A DNA stretch of 64,000 nucleotides from Neocallimastix sp. 'constans' (Eukaryota): positions 806,001 to 870,000 of the forward strand of contig JBODTK010000013.1 in NCBI GenBank assembly GCA_050613775.1, written 5' to 3'. The notes under the pieces are model-generated. The model did not search any database, was not told where the DNA came from, and saw only the letters and a list, made by a program, of their open reading frames with translations. Both the position numbers and the translations under genes were made by a program. Of the stretch, positions 27,801-48,121 are shown piece by piece (position 1 is the first letter of the stretch; each line of letters starts with the position of its first letter).

Positions 27801-28622
27801 TGTCCAGTTTTTCCAGTTCTTTAAATATGATGTTAAATTCGGATATGAATAAGCTGATATCATCTTCTTTGTTGTAGTATTTGTTATCTAATTTGCTTTT
27901 TAATTCGTTTTTCCTTTCTTCATAACTTTTAACATTCATTGTTTTTATAATATATGATGGGGGGTAAGATTCTAAAAATCTAATTTAATGTTTATTTCTT
28001 CTGAGATACTATTTAATAAATAGCATTTTGCTTTAGTGTAATTTTTATAGTTTCTTTAGTTATTTCTTTCTTTACGTATACTCCCTTTCTCTTTCTTTTA
28101 TTTCTGATTTCTGGTAGTATCTTAAGGATTCTTCGAGTACATAATCACAGTTGTATTTCTTGCACCCATAACCTGTAAGTACATTTCTTGTACATACATG
28201 AGTGGGTTGTCCTGTTCTTGACATATTTGTAAAAATCTTTACTTAATTATTATTTCGAAGAATTTAGATGTTAAAGAATTGATATATTTATGGAGCGCTG
28301 AGACTCTTAATCTTTTAGAATTTTTAGTGACTTAAGATCTCAATCAGTTTTATTTATTTCGAAAAGATATATTTTATTTAAAAATTACATGGATAATAAA
28401 TTTATATAGTATATTATGTATAAAATACAATGTACGAGTTTATCAAACCACTAATATTATTACATTAAATATATTATGACTACGAATAAAATAAATATTA
28501 GATAATCTAAGTGTGAACTTTATTTCTAACAATAATGATATAAAATAATTATATTAATTAATTATTAACCTTAATGATATTAATACAAAGTAATAATAAA
28601 AGTACATAATTAAATTCTAACA
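24900..28622 (-). mobile_element. Heavily decayed Ty1/copia LTR retrotransposon; only the 5' LTR (28313-28622) is recognised
   Basis: Gag UBN2-like remnant (27631-27939), zinc knuckle CRICKKRGHIA, protease IDSGAT, LWHRRM.HF, RT YGLKQS, RNase H remnants; LTR termini TTTTAGAATTT / AAATTCTAACA. Confidence 0.85.
28293..28312 (-). other. Primer-binding site complementary to the 5' half of tRNA-Lys(CUU)
   Basis: Plus strand GAGCGCTGAGACTCTTAATC resembles tRNA-Lys(CUU) from the D-stem through the anticodon arm and abuts the LTR. Confidence 0.7.
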
Positions 28623-29378
28623 TAACCAGTTCACATTAACTAAGTTCTTTTTATTCTATTTAGGGCATTTATAAATAATTTTGGATTATATATTTAAGTT
28701 AAGCTGAAATTTCTAAAATTTTAGATTCATATTAAAAAATAATGATAAATTAATAAATTTTTTTAAAAAAAAAAAAAAAATTGCAAAAAAAATAAGATAT
28801 ATAATAATTATATACTATTATGGATTAAATTACTTATAAAATTGGAATATGTATTTAATTTTTATAAATAATTACCATGAAAAGTTGATATGCCAATATT
28901 AAATTGATTTTTGAAATTATTGTTAGAATAATAATACGATTTAATGTTTTAATTACTTTTCTTTATTATTATTAGTATTTTTTTTATTTATTTACTTATT
29001 TTTAGTTTAATAATTTCTTTTAGTTGTATTAATATTTAATTTTTTAATTAAAGCAATATTAATTAATTATTTCTATAATATATATTAACAATATTTATAT
29101 TCACATCAATTGATAAACAATTTAATATATTTACTATTTTATACTATTATTATTTTTTTTTATTGTATTTTATTTCATTTTTATTTTTCTTGAAAATTTA
29201 TTTTTTGTTCCTATAATCCTGGATTTTACTTTAGAGTTTTTAATTTGTTTAAATATTTTAATTAATTTTATTGTGTGATTATGTGGATAAAAAAAAATGC
29301 AATTTAATTTTTAATTTTTTTCTTAAATTAATTATGAATAAAATTAAATTAATATAGGTAAATAAATGAATGAATGAA

Positions 29379-29413
<35 letters not shown>

Positions 29414-29691
29414 ATATATAAAAGCAACAACAATGACTTCAAAAAGTCAATTATTTTAAATTTGAAAATATTAACAAGGATCATATATTAATTTTCCTTA
29501 AATGTATATTTATATTTAATTATGTTAAGTAGTTTTAAAATGAAAAAAAAGTAGTAGTCAAAAATATATACTTATAATTAAATTATTAAAGGTAATTTAG
29601 AAGTATTAAAATAATAGTAAAGTGCTCAAATTTTTAATTATGTTCATTAATTACTTCTTTATAATATATACTTTAGAGTTTAAATTTGAAA

Positions 29692-34882
<5,191 letters not shown>

Positions 34883-35423
34883 ATTAAAGCAAAATCGAGC
34901 TTATTATAATTATAATTAATTATATATATATAATTAATTTTTAAATATTATATTTAATTGGAAAGGTTACAATTTTTTATGCCAAAATAATATAAGAAAA
35001 ACAAAAATTATTAAATTAAATTATAAATAAAATAAATAAGCAAATGAAATAACTTAACAAATAATTAAAATATGAATAAATAAGATATTAAAGAAATATT
35101 ATTATTACTATTATTTTAAAAATATAAAAATTAAAAATTAAAAATACAATTACAATAAAAAATTTCATATAATTGTTTATTAATTTAAATTTTTTTCATA
35201 TAATTTTTTTTTTTTTTAATTAATTTAAATTTTTTTTTTATATAAATTTTTTTTTAATATTTTTATTTACAAGTATAAACTTATATAATACTATATTACA
35301 TTTCATTAATTCTATATACAATTGAATACATATCTACAATAATTTATTTATTATAATTGAAATTTTGAATGAGGTATTTTAATTATATATTCCATTTTAT
35401 ATCTATTATAAAATGATATTTAA

Positions 35424-36935
35424 TTAGGAAGACAAATTAAATATACAATTGTCATAGATATGTTGTTTATTTAAATTTAAATCACATGAATCATTATGAT
35501 AATATTTTTCATTATTAATACATATTTTTTCTATTTCATCATTATCTGTACTATCTAGTGCTTCTGTTAATATATATTCTTTTGTGTTTCTACTTTCTGG
35601 TTCATTATTGTATGGATTTAGGGAATCCAATTCTAGATTATTGATAAAATTATAATAACTAATATTATCTTTATTACTATCTATTTTATTATTAATTTCA
35701 GGAATTTTATTTATATTTCTGGTATGTTCATTTCTTTTATCAGTCATAGTATCTTCCGAATCAATACTACAGAGACATCCTCGGTCAATTATATCATTTG
35801 AATTTATTTTTTTATTAGATAATGATTTTAATGTAATATATTTTTTATGATAGTTATTTTTATGATAATAAACTTTCTTTTTATCATCATATCTTGTTTG
35901 ATCAAGATAATTTTTTATAAATATATCATTTTTTTTCAAAGAGTTGTTTTCTGAATTAATGAGTTTGGATTCATTAAAATTATTATTTCTTCTATTTTCA
36001 TAAATAAAATCTGCTATTTTATTAAAACTTTCAATAGTACTTCCTATGTTGAATTTAGATTCTGGTTGAGGTGAAGCAATTTTATTTAAAGTACAACTAT
36101 CTGAATTATTGGGAATACTAATACCAATAACACTGTCATATTTAAAGGGACTAGTACTAAAATCATCATATGAAGTATCTGAAGCGTATTCTTCTTCACT
36201 AATATACTTTTCACTGTATGTATTGTATGCAAATATATTATTTTCAATATCAATATTTGATATATTAAATTTATTTTCTAAATATGAAATATTTATTAAT
36301 AATATTTATAAATTTTTTGTTAAAATATTATGAAACAATTATGTATATATATATTAATAAAAAAAAAAAAAAAATTTTTTAAAGTATACTACTAAATTAC
36401 AATCATTCTTACTTTAACAATAATATCAATAATATATACCTTTGGTAATATTAACGTTTTTAACTTTATCTATTTTTGTTTTAAATGTTTTTAACTTTAT
36501 TACATTATCTTTTTGATTTAGAAAACTTTTTTCTTGAATATTTTTAATAAAATATTTTGAATTATTCAATTCTTTTGGATTTTCAATACAATTATTAGAT
36601 ATTTTAGTTACTTTATCAATTTTTGTGATTTCTTTATCATTATGATTAGTATCTACTATATACTTCATTTCTAATCCAATTTTATTAATAAAATCATTTT
36701 CTCTATCATTTATACTACTTTTATCTAAATCACCGTTAATTATACATATATTTTCGATTTTACTTTCAAGGCCAGTATTATTAATATAAACATTTTGAAG
36801 TTCTTTAGTGATTTGCGATAGTATTTCAGTATTATTATTATCAATTTTCATTTTATTAATTTTAAATTTATTAGTATTATTATAATTATTATAATTATTA
36901 TTATTTATTGAAATATTTATTGAATTTAAACCCAT
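35424..36935 (-). CDS. Hypothetical Asn/Lys/Asp-rich protein (2 exons: 36935 or 36851 to 36440; 36278-35424)
   Basis: Two long open frames joined in phase by a GT-AG intron; no recognisable domain. Confidence 0.55.
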
Positions 36936-38917
36936 AATAGATTTAATATAATATTATAATTATAATAATTTATTTTAATATATATATTTTAAATTATGAT
37001 AATTATTGTTTAAATAAAAATATTTATTTTTTGAATAAGTACAATGTGGTAAAAAATATTAGATTAGCTAATTTTTACAATAGCTATTCAATGTTCTTAA
37101 TTACTTATAAGTAAAAAAGAGTAAGATATTATATTAAATTTAAATAATATTATTTACAAATTTTATAATATCAATAATAATAATAAATTTTATTATGGTA
37201 TATTATTATTTACAATGTAATAAAGTAATTTTATAATTACGAATTATTACTTTATATTATTATTATCAATATTATCTAAATTTATTTTTATTAAATATAA
37301 TTTTTATTTACAAGCTTATATAATTTCTTTAAAACATTTTTGAATTATTATTAATAAATAAAAATTAAAGATTAAAATAGAAAAAAAAAAAAAAAGAAAA
37401 GAAAAAATCAATATTTAAATGAAAATTAATTTAAAAAAAAAAAAAAAAAAACATTTATAAAAAATACAATAAGCTTTTACATTTAAACAAATTTATGAAA
37501 AATCTCAATTTCAAATATAAAAGTAAAATTAATCAATTTTTGTTTAAATATTTAATTTATCATTTATTTAATTTATAATTATAAAAAAAAATATAGTGGG
37601 AGTATAAGATTTTTGAATAAATTTAAAATATTTTAAAAGTTGAGATAAATTCAATGGATAAATACTTTCGTAGGTTAAATAAATTTTATTATTATTATTA
37701 TTATTATTATTACTAAATTTTATTAAATAAAAGTATAATTAATAATCAAAAATCTTATTTAATATTAAAAACGTTTGTTAGGTCATGTAATTGTCATGCT
37801 ATATTTTTGTTTAATTTAACTCAAAATAGGTTAATAATAAAATGTAATTATAATGTGAAATATATAGTTGTAAAATATTTAATAAAATTCATAAAGAATT
37901 ATAAAAAAAATTATGATTGTAAACCATGATATTATTTAATTTTATTACTTTTAGATATATTTACAATAAAAATAAAAAAAAAAAAAAGGTTAAATAAATG
38001 TATAAATAAAGAGTAATAATATATCACCAAAAAGTTTATATGCGGATGCAAAATAAATTTATTTATATATATAAATTATAATAAAATTAAAACTTTAAAA
38101 TAATATTTTTTATTTTATTAAAGATTCGTAATAACGATGGAGATAAACTTTATTTTATGAGTTTAAATATTAAGTAGATTTAAATTTTAAAAGGTGTGAA
38201 AATACATCATAAGAGAAGATTTTTTTTTATGATTTATTAAAAATAATTTATTATTTAATTATATAATTATTATTATTATATATCATGACAAAAATTATAT
38301 ATTAGTAAAAGTAATAAGCATTTAAACAAGTTATTTTTATTATATAATTTTGATTTACATTGGGTAGATTGGGTAGATAAATCTATAAAGTGAGTAAATA
38401 AATAAATAAGTAAATAAATAAGTAAATATATATATATATATATATAAATATATAAATATATAAATCTTTTATTCTAATTTTTTTTTAAAATTTAATAATA
38501 CTTTAATTATAAATTTGTATTATTGAATTATAAAATTGACATGATACATTTTTATAATACAAACTTTTTTTTAAACTTTTTAACTTTTTTTTACTTAAAA
38601 ATATTGGTTTAACAATATTAATAATATTTTATTATGATATTAACAACAACAAAAAAAATCTTAATTAGAGATTTAGTAAACTTTAAAAAATAATATATAT
38701 ATATTATATATATAAAGTATATTTTTAAAAAATGGATAAATTTTATTTAAAATTATTAATAATCTTTAATATTGTTTCTTTTAATAAATATCTATTAACT
38801 TTTTATACATTAATGTTTACTAATTAAACTATTATATTAAATGTACTATTTAAAAACAAATATAATATATATATATATTTGAAATATATTAAAAATAATT
38901 TCATATTATAACATATT

Positions 38918-40910
38918 CTAAAATCCATATTTTTTTCCACTAATTCTACGATTTGCTTTTCTTTGGAGATTGGCTTCCATTAATTCTTGCTCTTTAGCCT
39001 TTGCTTGATAAGCTAAATACATAATATTATGCTTACTTTTTTGCTTAAATGATGGTTTAAAATCCTAATATAAATGAAAAAATGGAAAAAAAAAAAAAAA
39101 AAATATTAATGTTAATATTATTATTATTATTATTTATTATTTATTATTATTGTTATTATTATTAATTAATATTATTAATTATTATTATTATTGTGATTGA
39201 TATTATTTCTATTACTTATTTAATTGTTTATTTATTTATTGCTTGTATTATTATTTATTATTTATATAATAATAACAACTTAATATTATTTATTGTTAAT
39301 AATCGTAATAATAATAGCAACTTTATATCATTTATTATTAATAATCACAACAATAATAACAACTAGATACTAGATATTGTTATTTATTATTAAATAATTT
39401 AATATATTACTTTTCCAATTCCTTTGAAGTTTAATGAAGGTTGATTACTCATTGAAATTTGTTTTGTACGTTCAACTTCATATACATTTGAAATTTGATC
39501 TTTTTGATTAATTTCTTTAATTTCACCCATTTGAAATTCACCCATTTCTTGAAGTTTTAAAATCTATTATATATATTTAGACAATGAAATTAAATATCAA
39601 TACATTTAAATATTTATAAAATTTAAAAAATAATAATAATTAATACAATATAAGATAAAAAATATATATATCAAATAAAATTAAATATGATTTAATAAAA
39701 ATATAATATAATAAAAATATAATAAAATATAAATAATAACGTTTTTTTATACAATTAAAATAATAAATTTATTTTTACATTATTATTAAAGTTTGGATCT
39801 GAAGTGCCAGCATCTGGATAATAATATTGATTATAATAATTGCTGTAATCATAATTATAAGCTTCAGCAGGTTTTTGTGGATATTGATATTGGTTTGAAT
39901 CATACACTTGATTATAGTTATAATTATAATTATTATTATTATTATTATTATCATTTTCTATTTCTGGATTTGTAGTAATTTTTGGTTCACTTTCTTTATC
40001 TTTAATTTCATTTACATTTTCATTATTTATTTTAGATGAAATTTCTTTTTGTTCATTATTATTATTTTTATTTAATGTAGGGGTATTATCTTTTAATATT
40101 ATAACATTGAAAGTTTATAATAATAATACAATATAAATAATTTATTTAAAGGATTATGATTATTTTTAAGATTATTTAATATTATTAATATAATTATTTA
40201 TTGATTTATTATTCATTATAATTATTATAATCATTTTATTTATTTATAAATATTATACCTAATGAAAAGAAATCATCAGTAATTTTTTCATCTTCATCTT
40301 CATCTTCTTTTATATCTTCAGATTTCTTAATTTCTTTTTCTTTTTTTTGTTCTTGCCTTTTTTTTAATGATAATGGTATCATACTAAATGTTGATTTCGT
40401 ATTTGCATTTTTATCATTATTTTTCTTGCTTGCATTATGAGGAGCTGGAAGTAAAGAAAATAATCCTTGTTTTTGAGAACTACTACTATTACTAGTACCA
40501 TTAATTTTTTCATTTAATATAGGATTATTTTTATTTAACTTTCTTTTTCTTTCTTCTTCAATTTCTCGTTTTAATTCTGCAGTTTCTTCGTCATCATCAT
40601 CATCTTCTATTGGTGTTATTAAACTTATATATTTTTTATTTTTTTTAGTTTCCTTTGCTCTTTTAGGTTCAGGAAGTTTCGAAAATATTGAATGCTTTTT
40701 ATTATTATTACTCGTATTTGCTAATAATGAACTTAAAGAATTTTTTGGTGGTGGAATAATACTTGAAAGTTTATTATTTGTTACTACTTTTGTATAATTA
40801 TTGTTATTAATATTTAAGGGTTTTTCCTCTTTTCTTGGTACATCAATTTCATTATCATCATCTTCACTTTCTGAACTTGATCCATAATTCGCTATCAATG
40901 ATAAAGACAT
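38918..40910 (-). CDS. PRCC: PRCC-family (proline-rich protein PRCC / mitotic checkpoint regulator) protein
   Basis: MSLSLIANYGSSSESE, GLFSLLPAP, C-terminus KPSFKQKSKHNIMYLAYQAKAKEQELME...SGKKYGF*. Confidence 0.85.
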
Positions 40911-41348
40911 TATGAATTATTATTATTACTATTCTATCAAAAATAAGTATATAAAATATTATAATTAATCTTTACAATTAAATAGATTATATTACTACTT
41001 TTTTGTTTTATATTTATTAATTAATTAATTTAAAATATATATATATATAAAAAAAAATTATAAATATTTTTTAAAAATAAAATTAGTTTTGAAATATTAA
41101 AATATAAATCTTTAATTAATATTTCGTGTAACGTTTATATATATACATGTGTCTATTAAGAATTATCATTAATATATGAATCTTTTACATAAATATAATT
41201 TTATGATTGGATATTTTAAGACAAAAATTCAAAAAAAAATTTTTTTTAATTTTTTTTTCAATTTTTATACTTAATTCAAATAGATCTTATTTTTAATATA
41301 CTTTGAATAATATATTATTTTATTTTATTGGTAATTTTAAAATTAAAT

Positions 41349-41388
<40 letters not shown>

Positions 41389-41632
41389 AAAATTACGAAC
41401 TATTTATTTGATAGCCTATTAATATAATTAATTTATCTATTTATTTATTTATTATTATTATTTTTTTTTATTTTAGAGAAATATATTTGTAAAGATTTAA
41501 AGGTAATAGTAAATCCAAAAATTAAATACAATATAATTTTTAAACCAAAATAAATTCATTCAAATTTTATAATTTTTCGAAAATAAAAATAAAAATAATA
41601 ATAATAGTAATAATTTAAATTAATTATATTTA

Positions 41633-42270
41633 ATGTTAAATAGAATGGCTACCAAAAATTCAAAATTAAAAATTTCAAAAGGAAAATATTCTGTTTATGA
41701 TTTATTGGACAGAGCTAAAAAATGTCAAGAAAATTATGATTATGATATGGCTAAAAGATATTGTAAAAGAGCCATTGAAATGGAACCAGACAATGTTGAA
41801 GTTTTAGAAAATATTGGTTCAATTTTTATGGATTTTGGTGATTGGGACTCAGCTAAAGAAGTATTTTTTTATATAACCTTATAAAAAATAAAAAAATAAA
41901 AAATAAATCAAATTATTAAAATAATGAATTATCAATATAAATAAGACAAAAACTAATCAAATATTTAATATCTATATAATTTTATTATAAAATTTTGTTA
42001 TATATTATGTATAATTTACATTTTACAAAAGATTTTCGAAAGATGTGTTAATTTAAGTCCAGAAACAGGTTATCAAAAATATATGTATTTGGGACAAGTT
42101 AATGTTGCAGAAGATGCAGTTAATTTATATAATAAGGGTATTGAAATTATGATAAAAGAATTAAATAATTTACCAGAAAATTCAGAAAAAGTAATAAAAT
42201 TATTGTAAATATATATATATTTTTAAGCAAATGAATTAAAGTTAATAAATTATTTTTTTTTATATTTATA

Positions 42271-42304
<34 letters not shown>

Positions 42305-42779
42305 TTTTCAATAAGTCTAATGAATTAAGAAGGAAAATTTCATCAGCATTGTGTTCAATTGTTGAAATGTATATGACTGATTTATGGTAAAAATTATATA
42401 TATATTAATTTATAATTTATATATATAAATATTAGAAATTATACAAAAGTATATTTCAAAATCTAATTTTTAAAATAATAATAAATATATTTGTATAATA
42501 ATAAAATAAAATAAAATAAATAAAAAAAAAACAATAATAATAATAATAATAAAATTAGCGATGAACCAAACGCCGAAGAAAATTGTGAAAAATATATTAC
42601 TGAAGCTGAAAAATATTGTAATACTAATTTTGAAGTATATCAAACTATGGCATCTGTAAGAATGAGTCAAAATAGACAAGACGAAGCAAAAGAACTTATA
42701 ATAAAAAGTATTAACCTATGGAAAGATTTAAGTGTTGGTAAGTAATATATATTAAAAGAAATAAAATGTAAAAAATACT

Positions 42780-42845
<66 letters not shown>

Positions 42846-43610
42846 GTAATAACAATAATATTTAATTTATTAATTAATTAATAATAATTAATTAATAAAT
42901 AAATAAATAAATTCATGAATTATTAGAGGATGAAAATTATCCAGAATATCCAATTCGTGTTAATTTAGCAAAATTAATGCTTGAGTTACATATGAATACT
43001 GAAGCTCTCTCATTGTTACAAAGTCTTCTTCAAGAAGATGATGAAATTGTTGAAGTTTCCTATTTATGTGGTTGGTGTTACTATTTATTAGGTGAAGAGC
43101 CAGATGAAAATGGAAAAATTGATGAAACCGTAAGGAAGGAAGCATGGGAAGATGCCCGTTTATGTTTCATAAATGTTGAAAATGTAAGTTTTATTTATTT
43201 ATTTATTTATTATTAAAATTTTATTCAACTTTTTAATTGATATTCATATTTAATATTACCGTAGATTATTAAATTATAAAATAAAAAAAAAAAAAAATTT
43301 AAACTAATTATTTATTTATTGTTATATATTTATCATTTATTTATACTGTTAATAATTTTTCTTATTAAAAAACAAAATAATAATAAATAATAAATTAATA
43401 AATAAAAATAAAAAATAAAAAATAAAAAATCAGTTAATAAATAGATTTGGTCTTTCTTCACCGGATGATCAGTCTGTATTAAATCACTCTATAGAATTAA
43501 AAAATAAGATTACAAGTATTATCGGTGAAATTTCAAACGCTCCAGAACCTACAGTTGAAATAAATGATGATGATTGGGAAGATATAGATAATGAAATGGA
43601 TTTAGAATAG
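41633..43610 (+). CDS. ACL4: TPR protein, assembly chaperone of Rpl4
   Basis: TPRs; GYQKYMYLGQ; ISSALCSIVEMYMTDLCDEPNAEENCE; QTMASVRMSQ; EDDEIVEVSYLCGWCYY; acidic tail. Confidence 0.88.
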
Positions 43611-43942
43611 AAAAAAATAAAAAATAATAATAAAAAAAAAAAAAAATAAAAATAAAATAATAATAAAATACAATAAAATAAATATAAAAATATAAAAATA
43701 TAAAAATATAAAAATATAGATAAAAATAAAATAATAATAATAATAATAATAATAATAATTATTATTATTTTATTATTAATTATTATAATTTCAAATCATT
43801 TCATTTATATATACATTTTTTATTTTATTTTATTTTTTTTTTTTTTTTTTTATTTTATTTTATTTTCAAACATAAATTAAAAAATCTTAAATATTCTACA
43901 AAATTATTATTAGATATTTTAATATTTAACTTTGAAATAATA

Positions 43943-43975
<33 letters not shown>

Positions 43976-44264
43976 AGAAGTACTTAATATTATATATAGA
44001 TTTTATAAAAAATAAAATTAATAAAAAAAATAATAAAAATTAAAAAAAAATATATATATATATATATTTATATATATAATAAATTAAAAAATAAATAAAA
44101 TTAAGATATAAACCAACAATAATAATAAATAGTTTTGAGAAAATTAAATATAATATAAATCATGTTTATCACTAATTTATTTGCTCAATACTAATTTATA
44201 TATAAATCGATAAAAACATGATAATATTCTAATTTATGTATATTTATAAAACTTTTTGTTTAGG

Positions 44265-44546
44265 AGTCAATATAAGATATGATGTGTACACAACAAAATG
44301 TATTATTATTCAATTAAATTTTATTTATTATTTATTAATTTATATGATTTAATAAAGTATTTAAAGACTCCAAAAATATTAATTTCATAAAAAAATTTTC
44401 TTTTTATATTTTACATACAAATTATTACTTAATCAAATATTATAAATATTTATAATACTTTTAATGTACAAAAGTTTAAATATTATGTTGAACTTTAACA
44501 TTCCCCCTACATTAAGTATTATATAATATTTTAATTATTATATTCA

Positions 44547-44587
<41 letters not shown>

Positions 44588-47500
44588 TTATATACAATTA
44601 AAGAAATATTATTCTTTGAAAATTAAATTTGTAAATTTTGTCATTTGTACTCCTGATACTTTTAGTTAATGGATAAGCTAATATGTTTTCAGTATTAATG
44701 TATTCTAATTCAATTTCGTTTTTCATAATTTCTTCTTGAATAAATTTATATCTTAAATTTATATGCTTACATCTTCCTTTAGAATTTGTATCTTGAGCAA
44801 TTGCAATGCATACTTTATTATCTACCATAATTTTAAATTTTATATCTTGATTAAATATTTCCTTAAATAAATTTTTGAACCATAAAGCTTGTTTAGTACA
44901 TTCAGTTAAACCTAACAAATTCAGCTTCAGCAGTAGATAAAGTTACATTTTTCTGTAACTGAGATTTCCATGAAATAGGGCCTTTTTCAAGTAAAAATAT
45001 ATATCCACTTGTAGATCTTCTCGTCTTTTCATCGTTAGCAAAATCTGAATCTGAGTATCCAATAAATTTATTATTTTTATTATAATGTATAGATTTATTT
45101 TTTGTACCTTTTAAATATTGTAAGATGTTCATTAAATTTTTATTATTATTATTATTATTATTATTTAAAGGATTATTTAATTGTGAATGAATATTATTAT
45201 TATCATTAATACTTTCCCCCTCAATTAAAGAATCCTTAAAATTAATAATAGAATCAATATATTTGTCACAAAAAAATGTAGTATTTATAGTTCCAGGCAT
45301 ATCTTCCATAAATTAAACATCTCTTGAAGTAACTATAGAGTTAGTAGAAATATCTAAAATTTTGTAGCCAAGAGAGTCAGATGCATATCCTAAAAATATA
45401 CCAGGTTTAGAGTTATTGTCAAGTTTATTCGTTTTGTGATTGTTATAGAAAAATGCTTTACATCCAAAAACTTTAAGGTGAGAAATATCAACTGATTTAT
45501 TGAAAAATAATTCATTTGGAATTTTATTATTAATACTCTGATATGGATTCAAGTTATAGAGGTAAGCAGCACAAGGAATAGCGGAATCCCAAAACTTGTA
45601 GGGTAGCTTAGCAGAGTTTAATAGAGTAGATGCGCAACGATTAAGTGTTGCGTTCAGCACGACCATTTTGTTGTGGGTAACCATGAACCGAATGAATGAA
45701 ATTAATGCCAAAATTTTCTAAATAGGTAGTTAAAGTTTTGTTGATATACTCAGTACCATTGTCAGATTTGAAATTTATAATTTTATATGAAGTAGTATTG
45801 GATATAGATTTATGAAATTTAATAAATATGTTAGGAACATCAGATTTATTCTTGATAAGGTAGACCCAAATTTTTCTAGAGAAATCATCAAGAAAAGTAA
45901 CATAATAATTGAAATCATTATATGATGTTTCCAATTTTTCAACTACATCAGAATGAACTAGTTCCATAGGTTTTGAAACATTATTAGGGGAAGAGTAAAA
46001 TGGTTTTCTCTTTAATTTAGTGATTTTGCATTGGCGACATTTTTTATCATTATGATGTTTAGTATGCTCAATGACAAAATCTTTGATATCATTATTATAA
46101 AAGTGTCCAAAACAAGCATGCTACAAGTTAGTATCAATGCTGAAAACATAATTCTTAGAAATAGTATTATTTGAAGGTATTGTATCAAACACGAATAAAT
46201 TTTCATCATTCTCAAAAATATTTGCAATTAACATATTATTTTTGTATATTAAGGTCTTTGTTATTTACCCGTTTCATTATAATTGTGCATCCATTTTTTA
46301 ATATTGAATGAGTGGAAATTAGATTGTTTTGAATATTTGACGCGTAATAAACATTTGATCATATAAAATCATTATTTTTAAATTTACCATTGTAAGTAAC
46401 TACATTTTCGACTTTTTCTAAATCACCATTTGGATAAATGATATTTTTATTATTTACTTTATTTATATTGCTTAAATTATTGATGTTATTAGTTAAGATG
46501 ATACCAGTACCACTATTAATAATCCAATGTGTGGAATTATTATTATTTATTGTTGTATAATTACAATTTTGAATTACAGAAATATTTCCTGTAAAATCAA
46601 TGTATACCTCATTTTCATTTTCATTATTATTTTCAAAAAAATTATTGTTATTATTATTAGATTTATCATTGTTGTTATTAATAATATTTCCAGAGTAATA
46701 ATTATTTTTGTTATTATATCTTTTATAATAATTTTTATTTTTGTTATTATTATTTTTATAATTTTTATCATTATCATCTGATTTATTATTTTCTCTAATT
46801 AAAAGATTATATTTACAATGATCAGCAGAGTGACCTTTAGTTTTGCATATATGACAATAATATTGGTTACGTATTTTATTAGAATTGGTATAATTTTTAT
46901 TATTATTTGGTTTATTTCTATTTATATTATTGGCATTTGAATCGTTTACAACGGTAGTTTTTGACCTTAAAATTTCGGCTTTTTCAAAAAAATCATGCCT
47001 TTTGTTTAATTCTTTAATAAGATCATCAAAAGTTTTATAACTATAAATTGGTGGTGAATTTATACCAATTCATTTACTGCAAATAAAAGTTTAGTTTCCT
47101 CATCAAAAGGAATTCTTTTTAGTCTATTAGATTCAAATTTATGTTGTTCAAAAAGATTATTTAATTCATTAATATATTGAATATAGTCATTGTTTATTAA
47201 CTTAAGATTAATAATTTATATTCAAGAATATTTAATAATGCTTGGCCAGATTGATAGAAACGGTTTTTTAATCTATCAATCATACTATAAGCAGTTTTAT
47301 ATCCTCGTAAATATTCTTGGTTTGATTTTTCTAAACTATTTATTATGATAGATTGAACAGCATTATCCGATTTTATTTGACCTCTGTTCATATTTGAATA
47401 TTGGATTTCTTTTTCAATATATATATCTAAATCATTGGCAATGAGATGTCTCTTTAAAGGCTCATACAAATCTATGAAATTTTCTTTATTTAATATGAAA

Positions 47501-48081
47501 TCTTTAATTTCAAAAACAGATTTAGTTAAATTTCCATAATATTTATTCATGATAATCCTTTTATCATTGGATTCATCATCTTCATATGAAGAAATCGATT
47601 CATTGTCCTTATTATCAGTTGGATTCGATGAACTCGAACTCTCTTCAATATGATTATTATTGTTATTCTTTCTTTTAGCCATTCTTTGAAACATTAATAT
47701 AAAAAATAATTAATTATATTGTAAAGTCATTAAAATCATTAAAATGTTAATATAAGATATGATGTGTACACAACAAAATGTACTATCATTCAATTAAATT
47801 TTATTTATTATTTATTAATTTATATGATTTAATGAAGTATTTAAATTTTTTTTTTTTTTTCTAGACAGGGAAGAGAATACACTTCAAAACTTTATTAAAT
47901 TTATTTTAAAAAATACATGTAGGTGAAAAGTACAATTGAAATTAAAAATAAAAATATTTAAAAAATAAAAAATAAAAAAGCTCGAAAATACTATGTATTT
48001 CGGCAAGTTGTACTATGCGGGAATTTTTCCCTTCCTAACAAATAAAAAAGAAATAAAACCTAGAAGTAACATCTTTAAAAT

Positions 48082-48121
<40 letters not shown>

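Noticed and set aside
44255..44270. TSD for the 44.3-48.7 kb copia element
   Set aside because: The flanks do not match and the left LTR end is mutated, so no TSD is claimed
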